A stretch of 62,345 nucleotides of DNA, filler included, from an uncultured Thermoplasmatales archaeon (lineage in GTDB: Archaea > Thermoplasmatota > E2 > DHVEG-1): NCBI GenBank assembly GCA_964517155.1. It is 4 parts of 4 records of this genome, joined end to end, with 100 filler letters (N's around TTAATTAATTAA, not from the genome) between each part and the next. Parts side by side here need not be neighbours in the genome. Positions count along the whole stretch, not along the records: positions 20,246 to 43,600 come from CAZFAZ010000071.1; positions 43,701 to 57,570 come from CAZFAZ010000074.1; 2 more parts are not named here. One strand, given 5' to 3'. This document shows positions 40,384 to 49,378 of this stretch, in pieces; within the stretch, counting starts at the first letter, position 1; each line of letters begins with the position of its first letter. The notes below the pieces were generated by a model. That model ran no database searches. It worked only from the letters and a program-made list of their open reading frames with translations, and was not told the DNA's origin. A program made the translations under genes and the position numbers.

Positions 40384-40932
40384 TTATTTTAATACAGGTG
40401 ATGCTTGTTTAACTGCATCATCTAAAGCATTGTCATGGTTAAATACTATTTTAACTGTTGCACCAGTAAGTGCTGCATATGCCATTGCAGCAGCACGGTT
40501 CATCATTTGATGTTCATTTATTTGCTCTTGGCTATCTGGATCGCGGTTACGGGTCGAATCACTTGCTCTGCGAGCATATATCTCTTTTGCATCTGCTTCT
40601 ACAAGGACGATTGATGTCGGGTTAATCTTTTTGATAACCCATTCTGGAAGTCCAGGCATATAACCTTTAGGTGTTTTAATAGTGCAATGTGTATCAAGTA
40701 TCACATTTCCCATTGAACCGATTTTTTCAGCAGCTTTAATTTGCAGATCTTTTTGCTGTTTAAGAGAAAGTTTTCTCATATCATCTCTATCTTTTACAAG
40801 ACCTTCTTCTTCTGCAATTTCAAACATTACAGTTCCCATTGTTACAAACTGTATATCCATTCCTTCAGCTGCTTTTTTCATAACTGTTGTTTTACCAACA
40901 CCAGGTATTCCTGTTACAACTATAACGCCCAT
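40384..40932 (-). CDS. adkA: Adenylate kinase, archaeal type
   Basis: GIPGVGKTT, RDDMRK, DTH, GYMPGLP. Confidence 0.95.
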   Translation of the reverse strand: MGVIVVTGIPGVGKTTVMKKAAEGMDIQFVTMGTVMFEIAEEEGLVKDRDDMRKLSLKQQKDLQIKAAEKIGSMGNVILDTHCTIKTPKGYMPGLPEWVIKKINPTSIVLVEADAKEIYARRASDSTRNRDPDSQEQINEHQMMNRAAAMAYAALTGATVKIVFNHDNALDDAVKQASPVLK

Positions 40933-40955
40933 ACTAAAAACCCCACCTATGTTTT

Positions 40956-42488
40956 TTATTCATTTCCAAAGAAACCACGCAGTACAGGATGCATTTCCAT
41001 TGCTTGTTCTTTACCAATCTGCTCGTACAGTTGAATGATAATGCTAACAGCCAATAATACACCTGTTCCACTCACATTGCCTATAGTTCCTATCATATCT
41101 GAAAAACCTGCGAGTGCACCTATTGCAGCTCCACCAATTACAGTTATAACTGGTATGTATCTTTCAAGTACTTTTCTTAGAACCCGTGGATCTCGCCTGA
41201 ACCCAGGTATTTGCATACCGCTACTCTGAATTTGTCTGGCGACAGCAGATGGTCCCATATCTGTTGTTTCAATCCAAAATTTAGCAAATAAAATAGAGCC
41301 TATAATTAAAATGGACATGTAAATAATCACTTTTAATGCATATTGTAAAGCGTTATGTACGCCATCGCCACCTGCAAGAATTGGCATAAGCCATCCATTG
41401 ATTCCGTTGGGGCTAGATAAATACCAGGCACCACCGCCAAGGGCTTGAGTGCCTACAGTGAGATCGTATGTACCTATCCACCATTGATTGCCTAGCAAGG
41501 GTAGATTAGACTGCCAAAGAAGCAAAGAAAACATGCTAATGTTTGCAAGAAGCGCTGAAACTAAAATAACTGGAATAACTGATGCATAAATAAGTCTAAT
41601 TGGATACCGGCCACGGGCACCACGAACTTTTCCATGGGCAAGAGGCAGCTCAATACGAGTAGATTCAGCGTATACAACCAGGAAGAATATAAAAATCGTG
41701 CCAATTAGTGCCACGATAGAATTTTGAAAGGTGGCATTACCAAGAAATATTGTTTGATAATGCCCGCTCGTTAAGCCGCTAAGGCCTGCTTCAGTTGCGA
41801 TATAATAGGTACCGGGAATAACGCCGGCAGGGGGATTGCTCAAAGAAATAACTTCATGAGGCATATAACCAGGCAGCCAATTAAACAAACCCGTAAACAT
41901 GGCTTGGGCAACACCAGCTGCAATAAACAACGATATACCTGAGCCGATACCCCATTTAGATATAAGCTCATCCATGAAAAACACTAAAAGTGCACCGATT
42001 ACCAATTGTATAACTATCAAAATATTTGCCCAATCAGCACCAACCATTACCGCAAACTCAGGACTTGGCTGAAGATAACCAAAAATCTGAGGGATCGCTT
42101 CAACAAAAATCATTACAATTACAAGGATTTTTTGTGTTCCCTGATAAATTGCTTTATCTTCTGTTTTCTGAAGATCAAGTTTTATTATTTTTGCACCAAC
42201 AAACAACTGCAGAATAATAGATGCAGTAACAATAGGTCCTATTCCAAGATGCATGATACTACCAGATGCACCAGCCATGATGAAACGATAATTTTCAAAA
42301 AGATCAATAACATCTGATTTTAACCCATAAATCATAACATTAGTGAGAATAAAATAGATAATGAGACAAAACAAAGTCCAAAGAAGTTTAGTTCTAAAAT
42401 TAACATGCCCCTCCGGTTTAGTAACCGCGGGCCAACGTTCAATAATTGGTTTAAGTACAAACAGTTTACTATTTTTTTCCTCTGCCAT
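40956..42488 (-). CDS. secY: Preprotein translocase SecY
   Basis: LGIGPIVTASII, KWGIGSGISLFI, IPGFRRDPR. Confidence 0.97.
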   Translation of the reverse strand: MAEEKNSKLFVLKPIIERWPAVTKPEGHVNFRTKLLWTLFCLIIYFILTNVMIYGLKSDVIDLFENYRFIMAGASGSIMHLGIGPIVTASIILQLFVGAKIIKLDLQKTEDKAIYQGTQKILVIVMIFVEAIPQIFGYLQPSPEFAVMVGADWANILIVIQLVIGALLVFFMDELISKWGIGSGISLFIAAGVAQAMFTGLFNWLPGYMPHEVISLSNPPAGVIPGTYYIATEAGLSGLTSGHYQTIFLGNATFQNSIVALIGTIFIFFLVVYAESTRIELPLAHGKVRGARGRYPIRLIYASVIPVILVSALLANISMFSLLLWQSNLPLLGNQWWIGTYDLTVGTQALGGGAWYLSSPNGINGWLMPILAGGDGVHNALQYALKVIIYMSILIIGSILFAKFWIETTDMGPSAVARQIQSSGMQIPGFRRDPRVLRKVLERYIPVITVIGGAAIGALAGFSDMIGTIGNVSGTGVLLAVSIIIQLYEQIGKEQAMEMHPVLRGFFGNE

Positions 42489-42516
42489 TTTACAAACCCA
42501 GATATAAAATCATATA

Positions 42517-42972
42517 TTATTTATCTTCTGTTTTTTCTTTAACTTTAGACTCAACTTTTTCTTCTTTAAATACTTCCTCCGTAGAAAGTATTATTTTTCC
42601 ACCTTGCTCTTCTATTTTTTCTATTGCTTTCTCAGATGCACTATCTACAGTAATTTTGAGTTTGCTTTTTATTCTACCAGCTCCCAGAAGTTTATCATAT
42701 CCAAGTTCTGTAAGATTTATATCTTTTTTACCAGGGAATTTCTCTTCGATTTCTCCGACATTTATAGTTTTATCTTCTTTTAAAATACTCTGAGGTCTTT
42801 TAAAACCATGTCTGCCAAAATGATCTGGCATGTACTTGTTCATATACATAACCTTATGTTTGTTTAAACCGGCGTTTCCCCTTCCTCCACGAAGTCCTGC
42901 TCCACGACCTGCTTTTTTACCTTTACCATGAGTCATGGATCCTCTGAATTTCTTGGTTTTTGTTCGTGCCAT
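42517..42972 (-). CDS. rpl15: 50S ribosomal protein uL15
   Basis: RGSMTHGKG, GGRGNAG, FGRHGF, KLLGAG. Confidence 0.95.
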   Translation of the reverse strand: MARTKTKKFRGSMTHGKGKKAGRGAGLRGGRGNAGLNKHKVMYMNKYMPDHFGRHGFKRPQSILKEDKTINVGEIEEKFPGKKDINLTELGYDKLLGAGRIKSKLKITVDSASEKAIEKIEEQGGKIILSTEEVFKEEKVESKVKEKTEDK

Positions 42973-43079
42973 TTTACATCACTTTTTCATTAAGTTTTTA
43001 ATATCCAGGACAATGCCTGATATAATTATATATTATATTATTTTCGATTAATAAGTGTCACCCAGATAAAAAAACCCCT

Positions 43080-43600
43080 TTAATTACCTTTTGTTAGAAT
43101 TCTAAGCAATGAAACATAAAAATAAACTACTTTTTTAGAATGAAAAGACTGACTATGTTTAATTGGAAAAGAATAATTTTTTGTAAAATCAATTGTTCCT
43201 TTTAATGAAGAAACCATTTTTTCAATAAAAGGTACTGTTTTAGTTAGATGAAGAGAATAAATAACATCTCCTAGAACAAAGGCTTTTTCAATAAATTTTC
43301 TATCTGCATTAATATTGCTTTTTTGTGCACCAAACGGTGGATTCATAAGAATAGTATCACAAGAAACATTTACATCTTTTACATCTTGTACAATAAAATT
43401 AATATCAAATTTATTTTCATCGGCAAAGCGTTTAGCAGTTTTTACAGCATCTTCATCTAAATCTATACCTGTTACTTTTTTTGCACCAGCAATATGTGCA
43501 GCTATTGAAAAAATACCAGTGCCGCAGCCTAAATCTAAAACTATTTTATCTTCAATGTCTCCCATTTGAAATGCAATAAAAATAATATCAGCGACAACAC
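43080..43600 (-). CDS. METTL5-like SAM-dependent RNA methyltransferase, 5' truncated by the gap
   Basis: DLGCGTG, MNPPFG, IYSLH. Confidence 0.88.
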
Positions 43601-43700
43601 NNNNNNNNNNNNNNNNNNNNNNNNNNNNNNNNNNNNNNNNNNNNTTAATTAATTAANNNNNNNNNNNNNNNNNNNNNNNNNNNNNNNNNNNNNNNNNNNN
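43601..43700. other. Artificial contig linker
   Basis: N44-TTAATTAATTAA-N44. Confidence 0.97.
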
Positions 43701-43742
43701 AGGCTAATAAATGATAATATATATAAGCGTAACGGAAACGTT

Positions 43743-44066
43743 TTATTTTTTGGGTTTATAAGGAATTCTTGTATATTTTTGACAGTTTTTACAAAAAATA
43801 ATAATTTTTCCTTTGTTTATTCTAGTTCTTGAGTTTATATTTGGTAATAGATAGCTGTAGCAGTGTTTGCAAAAAGATCTTTTAAATTCTAGGGGTATTG
43901 GAGTTAAGTATTTCATTGATATTTTACGAGCAATATTTACGTATCTATTTGCTAGTTCAAAGTTTTTCTCTTTTGCTTTGTTATAGGCTAGTTTAAATAA
44001 TCTATGAATTCTTTTTATTGCTATTTGCTTCTGGTTTTTTTTTTTAAATGTTTTTTTGTATGTCAC
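43743..44066 (-). CDS. rnp4: RNase P protein component 4 (Rpp21)
   Basis: IA..RI..LF, A.RYV.IARKI, FCKHC...CKNC...RIP. Confidence 0.92.
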   Translation of the reverse strand: MTYKKTFKKKNQKQIAIKRIHRLFKLAYNKAKEKNFELANRYVNIARKISMKYLTPIPLEFKRSFCKHCYSYLLPNINSRTRINKGKIIIFCKNCQKYTRIPYKPKK

Positions 44067-44114
44067 GTAGTACTTGTATATCTTATTTATTAGATAAAAG
44101 CTGTGTTTTTCCTC

Positions 44115-46454
44115 TTAAACAAAAATTTTGTATTCATATGCTTTTATAAGTGCAGATACAGAATGTTGCGTAAAGTCATTTCGAATTTTGTTGTCTATTA
44201 AAGAGTATCTAAAACCACCGATTACTCTTGACTTATTTTTAAGATAAAAAGAATTATTTTCTGTAAACTGTAATTGCATTATAAATCTTGAACCCTTTTT
44301 TATTGTATCATAATATTTTTGCATATGTTCTGTGTCATTTATCATTTTTGCAACAGCATATGCATCATTTATTCCCTCCAGATAAGTTGATGTTGAAATA
44401 GCGGGATTTGTTTTTGGGAAACCACCACGCTCATCAGGATATGTACTATTTGTTATTTGATATTGGACAATCCAATCGTTCATTTCAAAAATAAAAATTG
44501 GTATATCTGAATCTTGTGTTTCTTCATATAAAATTTTATATGCTTGTGTATGCCAAGGTATAAAAGCAGTATTTTTATTCTCAATCCAATATTTAGTATA
44601 ATACCCATATGCTTTTTGGACGGAATCCAAGTAACTTGTATTTTTTGTTTCCTGATAAAGTCTCATTAGTGAAAGCATTGCCTCACCTGGGTAAAAGTTA
44701 ATGCCAGATGTACTATTATACAAGAAATTCGTGTTATATGAACCATCTTCCTGTTGAAGTGAAATTATTCCTTTTGCAAATTTTTTAAGTAATTCCATTC
44801 TATTACTGTAATCTCGTGTTTCTACAAGCCCAAGGATCATAAAAGCATTGTATGCAAGTGGTGCATTATTGCTTATGTTTAAATAAGCATAATTGTTTTT
44901 TTCTTCTATAAAAGTCAAATAATAATCAAATGTGTTTTTAATCAAATCTTGGGTTTTGTTATTTGTTAAAAAGTTTTGTAGCGTTGATGCTGCCCAGGTT
45001 GAAGCTATTTGTCGTACATGATTATTATCATTTGAATAGTAGTCTAGGCTTGGATAATATTCATATTCAAGTAAACTAGATTCTTCGTTCGTATTGTTGA
45101 TAAACCAATTCTGAGCAAGAGACAGTCTACTCAGAAGCATTTTTGTATCAATTTCAGCTTCGTCTAGTAAAATATTATAGCGGTATAAATCAATTATTTC
45201 ACCTGTTCTATAGCCTAAAAATGTAGTAGTATCATATGTATAGATATCAACTAGTTGATTAGTATAACATTCAACTGGCAAACCTGCTTTTAAGCATAGG
45301 TTTTTAAGGGTATTAATAAGATCATAACCACTTGTTATAGGAACCGATTCTTTATAGTAAGCATAGTTGTTACCACTTTTAATTTCTATTGCATTAATTC
45401 CAAGTGCTATCTGTTGATTTAAAGATTCTAAAGGCTCAACATAAGTAGCATATTTTATTTCTTTTTTATTATACATAAAAGTAAATACCAAGGAAACAAA
45501 TTGCGTTTCATTTTGTTCAAGGGTGTTTCCAAACCTGTCATCTTCAATGGATTCAACAACTGCTTCAGATATATCTAGATAAACTCTGTTTTTTGTTGTT
45601 TTGTTGTTGCTTCCACTTTGACACCCATGGATAGAAGAATTTTTCAAAATTGTTATATATAATCTTTCATAGTCTTGTTCAAAAGATATTTTTGGGAGTT
45701 CCGTGGCCTGTTGTAAATCATTTTTAAAATATGCGTCAATTATGTCGTAGGCATAGTTCAATAAAACAGTTTTTTGATTTTTAGAAATTTCAAAAAAATT
45801 TGTTTCAGAAGAATCAACTGGTTGTTCTTCATATGGACAATATAAGCATGTTATAGATAAAATAATTAATATTAGTGATACTAATATGCAAAATATCTTT
45901 TTGTTTTTTATTTTTTTAAAGAAAAATAAAAAAAACAAAATAAAGATAGATATGCCTGCTAGAAAAATCAATACAAAAAAAGTATTTGAAAATAATTTGT
46001 TTTCTCTGTAGTTTGAAGAATCATTTTTATCTGAGAGTTCTATATACTCTCCAGATACATGAAAATCAATTGATTCTTTTATATTTTCTTTAGTAATTCT
46101 TTCAAAAGTAAAAAGAGTATAATATCCACTAGATGTATTTTTTACTACTGCAGCAGGTAAATATTTAAAACCATAATCATCAAATTTTTCTTTATTTTCG
46201 GTATATCTTAAACGCGATATTGTTATTTTGTCACCATAATATTGTTCTATCTCATCTATTATTGGTTCTTTTTGTATACAGCTTGGGCAACTATCGGAAT
46301 AAAAAAACTCCAATACAACATTGTCCGTTGTAGTAATCTGCGATTGTTCTGCTTGTACATCTTGATTAAAAAGAAAAGCTGTAGTAAGTTGTAAAGATAA
46401 AAATATTAGGATGATAGTAAAAAAGATATATTTATTCATGAGTTTAATAGTCAT
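44115..46454 (-). CDS. Membrane/secreted fusion: thioredoxin-like, TMs, AMMECR1-like, (alpha/alpha) toroid domain
   Basis: FFYSDSCPSC; LYITI...IHGC and LCLKAGL match the AMMECR1 at 24680; NHVRQ, FYPGEAML, GGF...RNDFTQH. Confidence 0.65.
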   Translation of the reverse strand: MTIKLMNKYIFFTIILIFLSLQLTTAFLFNQDVQAEQSQITTTDNVVLEFFYSDSCPSCIQKEPIIDEIEQYYGDKITISRLRYTENKEKFDDYGFKYLPAAVVKNTSSGYYTLFTFERITKENIKESIDFHVSGEYIELSDKNDSSNYRENKLFSNTFFVLIFLAGISIFILFFLFFFKKIKNKKIFCILVSLILIILSITCLYCPYEEQPVDSSETNFFEISKNQKTVLLNYAYDIIDAYFKNDLQQATELPKISFEQDYERLYITILKNSSIHGCQSGSNNKTTKNRVYLDISEAVVESIEDDRFGNTLEQNETQFVSLVFTFMYNKKEIKYATYVEPLESLNQQIALGINAIEIKSGNNYAYYKESVPITSGYDLINTLKNLCLKAGLPVECYTNQLVDIYTYDTTTFLGYRTGEIIDLYRYNILLDEAEIDTKMLLSRLSLAQNWFINNTNEESSLLEYEYYPSLDYYSNDNNHVRQIASTWAASTLQNFLTNNKTQDLIKNTFDYYLTFIEEKNNYAYLNISNNAPLAYNAFMILGLVETRDYSNRMELLKKFAKGIISLQQEDGSYNTNFLYNSTSGINFYPGEAMLSLMRLYQETKNTSYLDSVQKAYGYYTKYWIENKNTAFIPWHTQAYKILYEETQDSDIPIFIFEMNDWIVQYQITNSTYPDERGGFPKTNPAISTSTYLEGINDAYAVAKMINDTEHMQKYYDTIKKGSRFIMQLQFTENNSFYLKNKSRVIGGFRYSLIDNKIRNDFTQHSVSALIKAYEYKIFV

Positions 46455-46560
46455 ATACTTTAGATATAGAAAGGTTTACTTTTAATGGTTTTTATTTTTG
46501 TTTTTTTAAAAAAAGATAATAAAAAATAAAGAGAGCTGATTATGTGTAAATATCTCTTTT

Positions 46561-48267
46561 TTATACACCAGATACAACTACCGTAAATATCGCAGGTACG
46601 CCAGATTGGTATTGAGCATCCCAAACAATAACAGTTTCTTCATACGATGCTACATATTTAGCATCATATGGTGAAATGCCAGCATTATAATTTAACAAAG
46701 TTTCTGCGCCATCTAGTGATTTTATTATAATAGTAATACCTACGGTATCTGGTAGATTAAATGTCTGTTTCATTGTTTCATGAGTTATTGTTTTCATTGC
46801 ATTTATTTTATATATGCTAAGCATAGGTAAGGGATCGCTTTCTGTTGCTTTCCTTGCTTTGGATGAATCTTGTACTGATTCATCGTATCCTCCAACTACG
46901 TAATTATTTTGGTTATGGGCAATAACATAATCATCATTGAGTTTGACAAGATATGTATGATATACCTTTGTCTCCATGTTATATGTTGGTACTCTTTCAA
47001 ATATTTTTTCTATGGATGTAACATAAGCTTTATCAGCAAATAAATCACCTGTGTTTAGATCACCTGCTGGTATCCATTGTCCATTTACATATAATAGATG
47101 ATCTGGCGTTACTTTTAGTTCATTGTTAAGAACTAAATAGTGATCTGTTATCATTTGATCGGGTGAATCGTGGAAGACTTCTTCGACTTCATCGACTGTA
47201 ATAATCTGGTTTTTTTCGTCAAATGATTTAATTAAGTCTCCAATTTGTAGGTCTTCTATGTTTTTTGTTGTTCCGTCGGCCATTAGTATTTGGCTACCGG
47301 AAAGGAAACAGGTACTAGCTTGTTGTGAACCTCCTGGCAACATATCATCAATTGTTCCTCCTGCTGCAGGATTAGTTGTTTGTGTTGTTTGTGATGTTTG
47401 TGTTAGCCCAGTTGCTTGTTGTTGACCCGTGGCACCAGAATCCGTTGGACAGCTACAAGCAAAATGCCCGGAAGTTCCGACCAGACTATTCGGCGGACAC
47501 CACACCATAGGTGCTCCTCCAGCGCAAGGACCTTCCGCCTCTTGTCCACCTAAATACTCAGGGCCATTAGGGTCATCATCATCTGGATACCATGGATTAT
47601 ATGGGCCTGAGCCATCATCTGAAGAGTTCACGATAACAATAAGAGGTGCAGACCAATCACTAACATTACCACAAGGATCCTTGGCTCTTACAGTAACACC
47701 ATAGCTCCCTATACTATTCCAAGTATGTGATCTACTACTAAGCCCCCATCCACTAAATCCTGTTCCATCATTCCAATTAAATTGATATACTAATTTGTCA
47801 CCATCAGGATCAGTTGTTGATGCAGTGTAAATATAAGAAAAACCTTTTACTGCATTAGTTTCACCCTGAGGCACCCCTGGAATATTTGGAGGATTATTTA
47901 TATCGCATTCACCCGCAGGAATACTATCCTCTTCATATTCATCAGGAGAAATAGATACCAAAGACGTATCTACAGGTGTTTCATCTGGATCTAATCCAAG
48001 ACCTATATCTTTTACAAAAGCTACCTCAACCTGCCATTTTGGAGAGCCTGTTTGAGTTTCACCCGAGAGCTTTAATAGGCTTGAAATTTCAAGAGCCTGA
48101 GCTTTAAGCTCAATTGTTTTTTGTACTGAAGACTGCTCTAAAGACGGAGATATCGAAGCCACAATAATACCTACTGTAAATATAATTACTGTAAGAGATA
48201 TAGCTGCCTCCATAGGATAAGATAACGCGCTTTTATTATTACATATTTTTTTAATTTTTCTCATCAT
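46561..48267 (-). CDS. Pilin-like protein (class III signal) with PKD domain, Cys-rich mini-domain and Hint domain
   Basis: KKICNNKSA|LSYPME then hydrophobic helix; NNPP...DPDGD...FNWNDG PKD; CFLSG...TPDH...IAHN. Confidence 0.8.
   Translation of the reverse strand: MMRKIKKICNNKSALSYPMEAAISLTVIIFTVGIIVASISPSLEQSSVQKTIELKAQALEISSLLKLSGETQTGSPKWQVEVAFVKDIGLGLDPDETPVDTSLVSISPDEYEEDSIPAGECDINNPPNIPGVPQGETNAVKGFSYIYTASTTDPDGDKLVYQFNWNDGTGFSGWGLSSRSHTWNSIGSYGVTVRAKDPCGNVSDWSAPLIVIVNSSDDGSGPYNPWYPDDDDPNGPEYLGGQEAEGPCAGGAPMVWCPPNSLVGTSGHFACSCPTDSGATGQQQATGLTQTSQTTQTTNPAAGGTIDDMLPGGSQQASTCFLSGSQILMADGTTKNIEDLQIGDLIKSFDEKNQIITVDEVEEVFHDSPDQMITDHYLVLNNELKVTPDHLLYVNGQWIPAGDLNTGDLFADKAYVTSIEKIFERVPTYNMETKVYHTYLVKLNDDYVIAHNQNNYVVGGYDESVQDSSKARKATESDPLPMLSIYKINAMKTITHETMKQTFNLPDTVGITIIIKSLDGAETLLNYNAGISPYDAKYVASYEETVIVWDAQYQSGVPAIFTVVVSGV
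46912..47310 (-). other. Hint domain 3 (aa C320-N452), junction HN|Q
   Basis: Block A CFLSGSQILMADG, block B VTPDH, block F TYNME, block G IAHN. Confidence 0.9.
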
Positions 48268-48407
48268 GTTTTATCACCTTAAGTTATTATTTTATTATTA
48301 TACTCCTATTCATCACAACGTGACATGTAATATTTTACTAATCATGATATTTAAAGTTATTGTGCAAAAAAGTCAAAATGCAAAAATGATAAATAAAAAA
48401 AAAATCA

Positions 48408-48908
48408 CTATATACCATATTTAACCTCTTCATAAATATAATCATTTTTATTGCTTAAACTTAAACCAACAAGTATAGTATCTGGTGAATTATCAAACTT
48501 ATAAGAAATTCCTAAATATACTGCATCAAAACAATTTCCACGTAAACCTTCAGCAAAAATAAATATGTCTCTTGTATCATTAAAATAGATACTTACGACA
48601 TCCTCATAATTAATGTAATTAGATTTATCTTCTAATCTATCCTGTAATGCTACACCAAATTCTCTACGTGCATTATCAAAATCAAGTTTTATAAAAGATT
48701 TTTTATCTATAGGTATGTTAATATCAGATAAACTAATAGAAATCACAGCCAATGCAACAATAAATACTGTTATCATCACTCCACCCAACAACAGCAACTG
48801 ACCATCATTTCTCTGACAAAAACTATTTTTAGAATTTCTTTTTATATTAAAATCTAAAAGAAACTTTGCATGTCTTTTAAAAAATCCACGCCACATAAAA
48901 GCATTCAC
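48408..48908 (-). CDS. Pilin-like protein (class III signal peptide)
   Basis: RNDG|QLLLLGGVMITVFIVALAVI; operonic overlap with the upstream gene. Confidence 0.7.
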   Translation of the reverse strand: MNAFMWRGFFKRHAKFLLDFNIKRNSKNSFCQRNDGQLLLLGGVMITVFIVALAVISISLSDINIPIDKKSFIKLDFDNARREFGVALQDRLEDKSNYINYEDVVSIYFNDTRDIFIFAEGLRGNCFDAVYLGISYKFDNSPDTILVGLSLSNKNDYIYEEVKYGI

Positions 48909-49378
48909 CTCTCCAAATTAAACCACATATAAATTATCAATTCATAAATAAAACCATTCGCAACAACAATTCTGGAAACACGAGCTTCATTGTTAATCCA
49001 GATTCCAGGATCATACAGAACCTCGGTACAATTGTTTAGTGTAGCAGTTGAATTATACATTAACATTGAAACATTTACTCTTGAAATCTTAAATAAAGTA
49101 CCTGAAGGTAAAACCTCATAAACATAATTAACCAACTTAGAATTATGCGAGCTGTCATCAGCAATATATGAGGCCAATAAACTTGAATATTCTCCCGAAG
49201 GATCCTTTTGGCCACCCAAACTTGTAAAAATGCTGTTGCCATATGATTCAAACCTGTTGTCACGCCCCATAGGTAAATGAATTGAAACATCTATACTTCT
49301 CACGAAAAATATTGCTAAAAGCAACATTCCTGCAACAATAACTGCCTCAAGTACTTGTAATTGAGCAGAATCATTCAT
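48905..49378 (-). CDS. Pilin-like protein (class III signal peptide)
   Basis: NDSA|QLQVLEAVIVAGMLLLAIFFV. Confidence 0.75.
   Translation of the reverse strand: MNDSAQLQVLEAVIVAGMLLLAIFFVRSIDVSIHLPMGRDNRFESYGNSIFTSLGGQKDPSGEYSSLLASYIADDSSHNSKLVNYVYEVLPSGTLFKISRVNVSMLMYNSTATLNNCTEVLYDPGIWINNEARVSRIVVANGFIYELIIYMWFNLER

Noticed and set aside
42975..43010. Possible remnant of the rpl30 3' end (DIKNLMKK*) upstream of rpl15
   Set aside because: Too short and AT-rich to distinguish from chance
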